Of a DNA stretch of 64,000 bases, positions 9,678 through 17,684 are shown piece after piece (within the stretch, counting starts at the first letter, position 1; the number at the start of each line of letters is the position of its first letter). The notes beneath the pieces were generated by a model. It saw nothing but the letters and a program-made list of their open reading frames with translations. It searched no databases and was not told the origin of the DNA. Made by a program: the position numbers and the translations under genes. This DNA comes from Deltaproteobacteria bacterium (lineage in GTDB: Bacteria > Myxococcota > Kuafuiibacteriia > Kuafuiibacteriales > Kuafuiibacteriaceae): the NCBI GenBank assembly GCA_040218735.1, contig JAVJQW010000057.1, positions 96,001 to 160,000 of the forward strand. The letters run 5' to 3'.

Positions 9678-10204
9678 GACGACGCGCCTCCCAGGAGCCG
9701 ACCGAACAGGCGGGTGACCCAGCCTTCGGACGGCGCTTCGTCGGCGGGCGCCTCGACGTGCACGGCGCCGTCTTCGCCCACGCCGAGCGTCGGCAGCCGC
9801 GCGGTGCGCAGGCGCGCCGCGAGCCGGGCGGAGAGCCCGGTGAGGAGCGCCGAGGCGGCGACGGGGTTGTCGGTCATCAGCGCTTCGAGGCCCGCGGCGT
9901 CGAGGGTCCACAGCGCGGTGTCGGCTTCGGCGGTGAGCGTCGTCGTCGACGGTCCGGGCTGCAGCAAGTCGACCTCGCCGACCCAGTCGCCCGGCTCGAC
10001 CGGCGGGAGCACGACGGTGCGCCCCTCCCGCTCGAGCGAGACCGTGAGCCGCCCGGACTCCACGAGGCACAGCATCGACGTGTCGGCGTTCGCGGCGACG
10101 ACCACCGCGCCCGCGGCGAAGGTCTGGCGCGTCAGGCTCGCCGCGACGGCGTCACGCTCGGCGCCGCTCGCGTTCGGCAACAGACGGTCGAGCTGCACGC
10201 TCAT
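9674..10204 (-). CDS. Stand-alone cyclic-nucleotide-binding domain protein
   Basis: Internal ATG at 10204 (MSVQLDRLL...). FAAGAVVV...LCLVESGRLTV...EPGDWVGEVDLLQPGPSTTTLTA. Confidence 0.8.
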   Translation of the reverse strand: MSVQLDRLLPNASGAERDAVAASLTRQTFAAGAVVVAANADTSMLCLVESGRLTVSLEREGRTVVLPPVEPGDWVGEVDLLQPGPSTTTLTAEADTALWTLDAAGLEALMTDNPVAASALLTGLSARLAARLRTARLPTLGVGEDGAVHVEAPADEAPSEGWVTRLFGRLLGGASS

Positions 10205-10238
10205 CGGCGGCGACCCTAGTACAGTTGGTCGGCATCGG

Positions 10239-11003
10239 CTACAGCGCGAAGCGCTGGCCGGGGCGCGCGAAGCCGAGGAAGCCGTCCGCCGCGGCGTCCG
10301 GCAACGCGCCGGGTGGATAGCCGTACAGCCAAGTCTTCGCGCGCACGTTCTTGGGGAGCTCTTCGACGAGCGTCGCGTACGTAGGGTGCGCCCCGGTCGG
10401 AGGCCCGCTCGTCTCGCAGTCGTGGAGCACGACGTCAGCCGTGTCGAACGCATCGTGCCACGCGTAGACGGTGTCGGTGGTGAGGAACACGGAGCGCTCG
10501 GCGCCGGTGATGAACAGCCCGTAGCTCGTGATCGTCCCCGCCGAGCCGATGATGTGCGGCGTCGGCACGAGCGACAGCTCGACGCCGTCCCACGTGAACG
10601 ACCCGCGCTCCGCGAGCGGCGCGAGCTCGAAGTACGTCGACAGCGTGCCCTCGGCGCCCACGGTGTGGCGCATGCCGCCGGACAGCACGTTGTTCCACAT
10701 CGGCTCGATGAGCGGTTCGGCCGCGAAGAGTGTGAGGCGCGGCGCCGAAGGATCGAAGTGCGTCGTGAAGCCGAGCCACTCGAGCCCGCCCGCGTGGTCC
10801 GCGTGAAGGTGGCTGATGTAGACCGCTTCGAGATCACGCGCGTGGACGCCGCGCACGAAGAGCGCGCGCCGGACGTCGCCGCCGCAGTCGACGAGGAGCC
10901 GCCGCCCGCTCGCGCCGGTGAGGAGGAGGTTCGACTGGTAGTTGTCGGGGTCCGTGGTGAACGCGGAGCCGGTACCGAGGAACTCGAGCGTCGGTGAGGT
11001 CAT
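10239..11003 (-). CDS. Metallo-beta-lactamase-fold hydrolase, Apyc1-like putative cNMP phosphodiesterase
   Basis: FLGTGSAF, LLVDCG, SHLHADHAGGLE (HxHxDH), PTPH, TTDT, HDCE and GAHP motifs. Confidence 0.85.
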   Translation of the reverse strand: MTSPTLEFLGTGSAFTTDPDNYQSNLLLTGASGRRLLVDCGGDVRRALFVRGVHARDLEAVYISHLHADHAGGLEWLGFTTHFDPSAPRLTLFAAEPLIEPMWNNVLSGGMRHTVGAEGTLSTYFELAPLAERGSFTWDGVELSLVPTPHIIGSAGTITSYGLFITGAERSVFLTTDTVYAWHDAFDTADVVLHDCETSGPPTGAHPTYATLVEELPKNVRAKTWLYGYPPGALPDAAADGFLGFARPGQRFAL

Positions 11004-12697
11004 TTGGTCTCCAGCTTCAGTACGGCCGGCGCCGTCGGATCCGTCTTTGCGCGTTCGACGTTCCGGGCGAGGAGACGCGACGGACCGTCATGGTCGGGCA
11101 ACGTCTCCAATACACGCTCTGCCTCCGCATAGTCTCCCGCTCCGAACGCATCGATCGCCGTTTCGTAGAGATCCCGCGTCGGTCCCCACTCCGCGGCCGA
11201 CCGCAGCTCGTACAGCTCGATCGGATCGTCGACCCCCACCACCTGCGTCGCGCCGACGTGACGCGTCGAAAGCTCCGTCACCGACGCGTAGAGCGTCGCC
11301 TGCGACAACAGGATCGCGACCCCCGCGTGTTTCGTCGCGCCCTCGATCCGGCTCGCGAGGTTCACCGTGTGCCCGCGCGGCCCATACTTCTGACGCATCT
11401 TGCTCCCGGCGTTGCCCACGAGCGCGGACCCCGTGTGGAGGCCGACGCCGATCGACAGCGGCGTGCCGATTCGATCGCGCCAGGTCGTGTCGAGCGCCGC
11501 GACGTCGTCGACCATCGCGAGCGCGGCGTGGCAGGCCCGCCCCGCCGGGTCGTCCTGGGGGAGCGGCGCGTTCCACATCGCGGCCATGCCGTCGCCGTAG
11601 TAATCGATCACCACGCCGCCCGCCTCGTGCACGCGCGCGGTGAGCGCGTCCATCACCTCGCCGACGAGCGCGAAGATCTGCGTGGGGTCGAGCCGCTCGG
11701 ACAGACGCGTGAAGCCGCGGAGGTCCGTGAACAGGACGGTGATGGTGCGCTCCGCCGGCTCGAGCATCGTGGGGTCGCGCTCGAGCTCGCGGACCAGCTT
11801 CGGCGAGAAGACCCGCTCGAACTGCACGCGCAGCCGCCCGGCCTCCGCTTCGCGTTCCATGCGCGCGAGCCCCGCGGACACCGCCGCCGCGAGGACCTGG
11901 ACGACCTGCGCTTCGAGCGGCTCGACCGCCGGCAGGTGCACCCCCGGCTTTCGATCGCGCGCACCGAAGACCGCACCGATCGGCTCACCGCCCGCGCCGA
12001 AGATCGGAGACGCGACGAACGCGTCGACCGCGACGAGGCTCGCCGCCGCTTGGTTCGGCCGGTGGTAGACGGTCTGCTGCGTGCGGAGCACTTCGTTCAG
12101 GACGGTCTGGCTGAAGGCTTCACCGGACGCACCGTCGGCGGCGTGCGCGGCGGCGACCTTCCACGCACCGTCGTCCTGGAGCAGGACCAGCCCGCGGTCG
12201 AGGCCGATCAGATCGACGATCGCGCGTGCCGTCTCGGCGTAGAACGCCGCCGACCCCGCCGCCGCGCGCTGCACCGACAGCAACGTCTGGAACCACTCCG
12301 CGAGGCGCTCCACGGTCGGCGCGCGTTCGAGGGTCTTCGGCGACGCCGCGCGCACGATCGTCCGCAGCACCATCGAACCCTCGGACTGTTCCGGCAGCTC
12401 GGTCGCGTAGATCTCGATCTTCGTGCCGCCCGCGAGCACGGTGGCGGGGAGCGCGAACGTCCCGCTCTCGCCGGTCGCGAGCGCGCCCTGCGCTTCGATC
12501 GTCAGGGTTGCGCCGTGATTGGTGAGGCGGACGCCACCTTCCGCTTCTTCGACGGTGAGCTGCACGCGCGAAACACGCGGATCACGCACGACGAAACAAC
12601 GACCCGCACCGACGGGAGCGCGCCCCAGGAGGAGGGGCCCGTCGTCGTGGCGGAACGTCTGGACCTGCTCGACGTTGCTGACGGTCAGCTCCAGCAC
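11000..12697 (-). CDS. FHA-like + GAF + class III nucleotide cyclase
   Basis: N-terminal LGR...VSR (FHA-like), central GAF-like region, cyclase motifs VLFTDLRGFT, DYYGDG, GLHTG and TVNLASRIEG. ATGA overlap with the downstream gene. GTG start. Confidence 0.92.
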   Translation of the reverse strand: MLELTVSNVEQVQTFRHDDGPLLLGRAPVGAGRCFVVRDPRVSRVQLTVEEAEGGVRLTNHGATLTIEAQGALATGESGTFALPATVLAGGTKIEIYATELPEQSEGSMVLRTIVRAASPKTLERAPTVERLAEWFQTLLSVQRAAAGSAAFYAETARAIVDLIGLDRGLVLLQDDGAWKVAAAHAADGASGEAFSQTVLNEVLRTQQTVYHRPNQAAASLVAVDAFVASPIFGAGGEPIGAVFGARDRKPGVHLPAVEPLEAQVVQVLAAAVSAGLARMEREAEAGRLRVQFERVFSPKLVRELERDPTMLEPAERTITVLFTDLRGFTRLSERLDPTQIFALVGEVMDALTARVHEAGGVVIDYYGDGMAAMWNAPLPQDDPAGRACHAALAMVDDVAALDTTWRDRIGTPLSIGVGLHTGSALVGNAGSKMRQKYGPRGHTVNLASRIEGATKHAGVAILLSQATLYASVTELSTRHVGATQVVGVDDPIELYELRSAAEWGPTRDLYETAIDAFGAGDYAEAERVLETLPDHDGPSRLLARNVERAKTDPTAPAVLKLETK

Positions 12698-12826
12698 ACT
12701 TCAGACCTACTGCGGCGGGCCCTCGCGCGCAAAGTGCGCCTGATTCCGTACTTCGGCGGGGCAGGTGCGTTTTTAGGCGCCAAAAAATGGCGGCTTCCCC
12801 CGAACGACGCTACGACGCCCGGCGTC

Positions 12827-13213
12827 ATGAATGGACTCGAGACGAACGGACTGCCGCTCCTCGTCGGCGCGGCCCTGCTTCTCGCCTGGGCAGCCACGGC
12901 GATCTTCGTGACGCGGACGTCCTCGCTGCGAACGAGCGCGCGTTACCTGCACGCGGTGCTGAGCTTCCCCGTCGCGCTGCTGCTCCTCCCGCTGGTCGCG
13001 TGGGGCGCGGCGACGATCGCGCCGCACCTGGAGCCGATGCTCCTCGCGCAGCCCGCGTTGATCGCGTCGATGTCGGTCGGCGGCCGCTCCTTCCTCACGG
13101 AGACCCTCGCCATCGGCCTCGCCGGCGCGCTCCCGGCGCTCCTCTTCTGGCGCTACTGCCGCTTCATCGAACACCGCGAGGCGCGCACGCTCGAACGGCT
13201 CCGCACCGAGTAG
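12827..13213 (+). CDS. Hypothetical membrane protein
   Basis: C-terminal part of the track ORF 10994..13213, starting at ATG 12827 (MNGLETNGLPLLVGAALLLAW...); three hydrophobic helices. Confidence 0.7.
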   Translation: MNGLETNGLPLLVGAALLLAWAATAIFVTRTSSLRTSARYLHAVLSFPVALLLLPLVAWGAATIAPHLEPMLLAQPALIASMSVGGRSFLTETLAIGLAGALPALLFWRYCRFIEHREARTLERLRTE

Positions 13214-13216
13214 CGC

Positions 13217-13271
13217 GTTCGAAAAGTCCGAACGAAACTCCGAAAATCGGACGCCGCATTCGGTTTTCGGA
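13217..13271. promoter_or_regulatory. Three phased imperfect palindromes (candidate activator-binding sites)
   Basis: GTTCGAAAAGTCCGAAC (13217-33), TCCGAAAATCGGA (13239-51) and TTCGGTTTTCGGA (13259-71); centres 20 bp apart. Confidence 0.45.
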
Positions 13272-13309
13272 CGAACGCCCGCACGCAGGGCGAAAACCTG
13301 CGGATGTCG

Positions 13310-13326
13310 TTGGCCCGTCGCGTGCT
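13310..13326 (+). promoter_or_regulatory. Putative sigma54 (-24/-12) promoter
   Basis: TTGGCCCGTCGCGTGCT has GG-N10-GC spacing and ends 12 nt before ATG 13339. Confidence 0.55.
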
Positions 13327-13338
13327 CTTACGCCGGGC

Positions 13339-13770
13339 ATGATGAACCTCGATTCGTTTTCCGCTCGCCCGCCGCGCGATCGTGATGTGTTTGCAAAAGC
13401 ACACCTCGATCGCCTCGCGGGGGAGTTCATCCGCACCACCCTTCAACGCCTGCCGGGGACACGCGAAGGCACCGTCATGTCGCCCGGCCCCAAACCCTAC
13501 CGACGCCTCGACTGCGACGGGCGGGCCCTCGTCTACATTCGGTCGCGGCCGCGCAAGGGCGCGGTGCGCGTCGACGTCTCCGGGCTGTGGGCCGTCCCGC
13601 GCACGCACCCGCTGTGGAGCGCGACGGCGAGCGGGAGCGCCACGCTGTTCCTCGAACGTAAGGAGGACCTCGCCGGCGCGGTCGAGTTCCTCGGGCAAGC
13701 GATACGCATGACCCGAGAGGCGGAGGCGGCACAACGCGCCCGCAAGAGACACGTGCGCGCGGTGGAGTGA
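13339..13770 (+). CDS. Hypothetical basic protein
   Basis: ATG at 13339/13342 directly after the sigma54-like motif (MMNLDSFSARPPRDRD...); about 143 aa. Confidence 0.65.
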   Translation: MMNLDSFSARPPRDRDVFAKAHLDRLAGEFIRTTLQRLPGTREGTVMSPGPKPYRRLDCDGRALVYIRSRPRKGAVRVDVSGLWAVPRTHPLWSATASGSATLFLERKEDLAGAVEFLGQAIRMTREAEAAQRARKRHVRAVE

Positions 13771-13799
13771 CGGTGCGTTCGATTCCGTCCGCCGCGCCG

Positions 13800-13827
13800 G
13801 TTCGCCCGGCGCGGTGTGCGGGCGAAC
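13800..13827 (+). terminator. Stem-loop, possible terminator
   Basis: GTTCGCCCG / CGGGCGAAC 9-bp stem about 30 nt after stop 13770; only a weak U-tract follows. Confidence 0.3.
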
Positions 13828-13869
13828 GTTCCCTTGACCGGTCACGCACCGGGCGAAAGAACACGCGCC

Positions 13870-14841
13870 GTGGGCGCGGACCTCATCACGGGCGCGAGCG
13901 GCTTCATCGGGCGGCACCTCAAGGGGACCTTGCTCGAAGGGGGCCGCGACGTCGTCGCGATCTGCCGTCCCTCGTCGCCCGAGCCCGAGGCCGGCCGGTC
14001 GGTGCGGGTCGACTACGCCGACGTGGACGCGCTGACGGAGGTGATGAAGACCGAGCGACCGGAGCGGATCTTCCACGTCGCGGGCGCGACGAAGGGCGTC
14101 ACCTACGACGACTTCCGGCGCGCCAACGTGATGCCGACCGAGAACCTCGTCGCGGCGCTCGCGCGCGCCGAGCACACGCCGCGGCGCTTCGTGCTGGTTT
14201 CTTCGCTCGCCGCGTACGGCCCCTCGTCGGAGGAACGCCCGAAGCAAGAGTCGGACGAACCCACGCCGATCGAGCACTACGGCAAGAGCAAGCTCGAAGC
14301 CGAGCAGGTCCTGGCTGCGGCGAACATCCCGTACACGATCCTCCGCCCGGGCGGCGTCTACGGCCCGGGCGACGTCGACTACTTCGAGCTGTTCAAGCAG
14401 GCCGAGAAGGGCTGGTCGGTGTTCTTCGGCAACCGCGACCGCTGGTTCTCGGGGGTGTACGTCGACGACCTCGTGGAGGCGACGCTCGTCGCGGCGGACC
14501 ACGACAAGGCCGTCGACCGCGGCTACTTCATCTGCGACGGCGTCCCGATCACCTGGCAGTCGTTCCAGCGCACGATCTCGGAGGTCAGCGGCAAGAAGGT
14601 CCGCGAGCTCGACCTCCCCGAGGCGCTCGTCTCGATCGCCGCGTGGGGCGGCGAGCTGCTGTCGTCGATCGACAAGAAGCCGCGCCTCTTCAACCGACAG
14701 AAGGCCTTGATGGGCAAACAGATCGCGTGGACCTGCACGCACAAACGCGCGCGCGAGGACTTCGGCTACGTGCCGAAGGTCGACGTCGAAGCGGGCGCAC
14801 GCCTCGCCCTCGATTGGTACCGCGACAACGGATGGGTTTGA
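13870..14841 (+). CDS. NAD-dependent epimerase/dehydratase (extended SDR); candidate ceramide reductase
   Basis: ITGASGFIG, FHVAG, VSSLAAYG, YGKSK (YxxxK) and LRPGGVYGP motifs; GTG start at 13870. Confidence 0.88.
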   Translation: MGADLITGASGFIGRHLKGTLLEGGRDVVAICRPSSPEPEAGRSVRVDYADVDALTEVMKTERPERIFHVAGATKGVTYDDFRRANVMPTENLVAALARAEHTPRRFVLVSSLAAYGPSSEERPKQESDEPTPIEHYGKSKLEAEQVLAAANIPYTILRPGGVYGPGDVDYFELFKQAEKGWSVFFGNRDRWFSGVYVDDLVEATLVAADHDKAVDRGYFICDGVPITWQSFQRTISEVSGKKVRELDLPEALVSIAAWGGELLSSIDKKPRLFNRQKALMGKQIAWTCTHKRAREDFGYVPKVDVEAGARLALDWYRDNGWV

Positions 14842-14845
14842 ACGA

Positions 14846-16150
14846 ATGGTGACGACCGTGAAGCAAGAAGACTCCGGCATCGAGAGCCCCGAAGCGCTCC
14901 GCCGCCGACTGGCCGAGCTCGGCGGCGACGCCGAGGACGCCTACCAGTTCGGCGCCCCGCCCGAGGATCTGCCGAGCCTCGAGCCGGCCGTCCCCACGCG
15001 CGTGACCGACGCGCCGGGCGTCCGCATCGAGGAGGTCAACCTGCGCGACAAGAAGGCCCGCGCACGTTTCATCGACATGCCCGAGCCGCTCTACGTGGGC
15101 GACCCGAACTACATCGCGCCGCTGAGGATGCACCTGATGCGCTTCCTCAACCCGTACGCGAACCCGGCGTTCAAGAACCTCGAGGTGCGCGCCATCCTCG
15201 CTTACCAGGACGGCAAGTGTGTCGGTCGCATGACGATGCAGATCGATCGCGCCTACGACGCGTACCACGAGACGAAGGCGGGCTTCTTCGGGTTCTTCGA
15301 GTGCGTGAACGACAAGAAGGTCGCGCACAAGATGTTCGACGACGCGGTCGCGTGGCTGAAGGAACGCGGCGCGCGTGAGTGGTACGGGCCGATGAACCTG
15401 ACCACGAACCACCAGGCGGGGCTCCTCGTGGAGAACTTCGACCGGCCGCCGTTCATCGAAGAGGGTTACAACCCGAGCTTCTACGAGGAGCTGTTCACGT
15501 CGTACGGCTTCGGCAAGGCGAAGGACCTGCTGGTGTGGTGGATCGAGGTCTCCAACGGGATGGAGACCAAGAACCGCAAGCGCGTCAAACGCATCGCGGA
15601 GCGGATCATGAAGCGCGAGGGGGTGGTGTTCCGCAACATCGACCTCGCGGACGCCGACGGTGAGATCGACCGGATGTTCGAGCTCTACCTGAAGGCCTGG
15701 CAGAAGAACTGGGGCTTCGTGCCGCTCAGCAAGGAAGAGTTCACGTGGCTCGCGCAGGACCTCAAGCAGGTCGCGATCCCGGAGCTCGTGTTGTTCGTCG
15801 AGCTCGACGGCAAACCGGTCGGCTTCTGCGCGACGCTGCCGAACGTGAACGAGGTGCTCCCGAAGGACGGCAAGCTGTTCCCGTTCGCGTGGATCAAGCT
15901 CCTCGGCGGACGCATCAAGAAGACGAAGCACGCGCGCCTCTACACGCTGGGGATGTTGCCCGAGTATCGAAAGCGCGGGCTCGAAGCGATGATGTTCTCG
16001 GAGACGCTCGAGCGCGCGCAGCGCATCGGCATCAGCGCCGGGGAGATCGGTTGGACGCTCGACGACAACACGCTGATCAACCGGGCGATCGAATCGATGG
16101 ACGGCTACGTCGACCGCCGGTACCGCATCCTCGGCATCAACCTGGACTGA
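14846..16150 (+). CDS. Tandem-GNAT acyltransferase, YghO / bacterial ceramide synthase-like
   Basis: LYVGDPNYIAPL, NPAF, VGR, GFFGFFEC, GPMNLTTN, GLLVENFDRPP, YNP, AWQKNWGFVP, LGMLPEYRKRG and EIGWTLDDN motifs. Confidence 0.8.
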   Translation: MVTTVKQEDSGIESPEALRRRLAELGGDAEDAYQFGAPPEDLPSLEPAVPTRVTDAPGVRIEEVNLRDKKARARFIDMPEPLYVGDPNYIAPLRMHLMRFLNPYANPAFKNLEVRAILAYQDGKCVGRMTMQIDRAYDAYHETKAGFFGFFECVNDKKVAHKMFDDAVAWLKERGAREWYGPMNLTTNHQAGLLVENFDRPPFIEEGYNPSFYEELFTSYGFGKAKDLLVWWIEVSNGMETKNRKRVKRIAERIMKREGVVFRNIDLADADGEIDRMFELYLKAWQKNWGFVPLSKEEFTWLAQDLKQVAIPELVLFVELDGKPVGFCATLPNVNEVLPKDGKLFPFAWIKLLGGRIKKTKHARLYTLGMLPEYRKRGLEAMMFSETLERAQRIGISAGEIGWTLDDNTLINRAIESMDGYVDRRYRILGINLD

Positions 16151-16154
16151 CGGC

Positions 16155-17618
16155 GTGAGCAAGTCCGCCACGCCCTCCGAGGCCGCCTCGATCCTCCTCA
16201 CGACGGCGGACGGGACCGTGCTCGTCGGGCAGCGCGCCCGGTCCATCCCGTTCCTCGGGAGCTACCTGTCGTTCCCGGGCGGCCGCGTCGAGGACGAGGA
16301 CCACGCGCTCGCCGCGCGGCTCTTCCCGGGTGACCCGCTCGCCGTCCGCAAGATCGCCGGGCTGCGGGAGCTGGAGGAAGAGACGGGGCTCACGGTCGAC
16401 GGGCCGCACGCCGTTCGCGCGGAGGGGGACTTCGCAACGCGTCTTGCGAACGTCGACCTGTCGCGCTTCGTCCCCGCGGGGCGCTGGGTCACGCCGGACT
16501 ACTCCCCCGTCCGCTACGACACGCACTTCTTCCAGTACGTCGTCGACGACTTCGACGAACCGACCGTCGGCGTCGAGAGCCCCGAGTTCGAGTGGCTCCG
16601 CTTCGAGCCCGCGGACAAGCTCGTGCGGGAGTGGTACGCGCTGCAACACCTGCTGTCGCCGCCCGCGCTCGTCGCGCTCGAGTGCCTGCAGTACGGCGCC
16701 GCCGAGGCGCCGCGCCGAATCCTGCAGCACCCCGGCGCGCGCGCCGAAGACCACCACGAGTTCGAGGCGCTCCCCGACGTCCGCATCTACGCGTTGCGCA
16801 CGCCGACGCTCCCGCCGGCGGAGACGACCAACGCCGTCGCGATCGGACGCGAGCGGATCCTCGTCGTCGACCCCGCGACGTACGACGACGACGAACGCGA
16901 CAAGCTCCTCGTCCACCTCGAAGCGCTCACGGCGCGCGGCGCGACGATCGAGGCGATCGTCCTGACGCACCACCACTTCGATCACGTCGGCGCCGCCAAG
17001 TGGCTCGCGCCGCGCGTGGGCGCGCCGGTCATCGCGCACGCCATCACGAAGGAGCTCCTCGGCGACAAGATCCGCATCGACGCGACGATCGAGGAGGGCC
17101 ACGTCTTCGACCTCGGCACCGACCGCCGCGGTGAGCCGTTCACGGTCGAGGTCCTGCACACGCCGGGTCACGCACCCGGGCACGTCGTGCTCGTCGACCG
17201 GCGCCCCGGCGCGCGCCTCATGATCGTCGGCGACATGGTCGCGGCGATCGGCACGATCATCGTGGACCCGCCCGAGGGCAACATGGCCGAGTACCTGCGA
17301 CAGCTCGAACGGCTCGCGGCGATGGACGAGTCGATCCTCATCCCGGCGCACGGCCCGCCGATCGTCGAGGGGCGCCGACACCTGAAGCGGTACGTCGCGC
17401 ACCGGCGCATGCGCGAGAGCAAGGTCGTCGCCGCGCTCGAACACCACGGCCGAGGCTCGGCGTCGGAGCTGCTCGACGTCGCGTACGACGACACGCCCAA
17501 ACACCTGTACCCGCTCGCGGCGCGTTCCTGCCTCGCGCACCTCGAGAAGCTCGTCGAGGATGGTCGCGCGATACGCGAGGGGGACCGCTTTCGCCTCGCG
17601 AGCGATTCCGGCGCATAA
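16155..17618 (+). CDS. NUDIX hydrolase + LACTB2-like MBL-fold fusion
   Basis: FPGGRVE...RELEEETG (Nudix box), WVTP...RYDTHFF; then TLPPAETTN, THHHFDH, HTPGHAPGH, GDM, PAHG. Confidence 0.9.
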   Translation: MSKSATPSEAASILLTTADGTVLVGQRARSIPFLGSYLSFPGGRVEDEDHALAARLFPGDPLAVRKIAGLRELEEETGLTVDGPHAVRAEGDFATRLANVDLSRFVPAGRWVTPDYSPVRYDTHFFQYVVDDFDEPTVGVESPEFEWLRFEPADKLVREWYALQHLLSPPALVALECLQYGAAEAPRRILQHPGARAEDHHEFEALPDVRIYALRTPTLPPAETTNAVAIGRERILVVDPATYDDDERDKLLVHLEALTARGATIEAIVLTHHHFDHVGAAKWLAPRVGAPVIAHAITKELLGDKIRIDATIEEGHVFDLGTDRRGEPFTVEVLHTPGHAPGHVVLVDRRPGARLMIVGDMVAAIGTIIVDPPEGNMAEYLRQLERLAAMDESILIPAHGPPIVEGRRHLKRYVAHRRMRESKVVAALEHHGRGSASELLDVAYDDTPKHLYPLAARSCLAHLEKLVEDGRAIREGDRFRLASDSGA

Positions 17619-17684
17619 CCCGCATTTCGCGTCGGTTCGGTGAACGCCACCGGTTTGGGCTGACAGCACGTCCGAGGTCGCGCT

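Noticed and set aside
9192-12697. Calling the cyclase operon a Pycsar anti-phage system
   Set aside because: No TIR or transmembrane effector is fused to a cNMP domain, the cyclase has FHA-GAF inputs and purine-type (Cya2-like) residues, and no defence-island context is visible. Defence is not excluded but is unsupported.
13840-13859. GGTCACGCACCGGGCGAAAG resembles the 5' end of a c-di-GMP-I riboswitch
   Set aside because: The downstream GNRA stem and GGGACGCAAA-type core are missing, and the segment sits between a TTGACC -35-like hexamer and a start codon.
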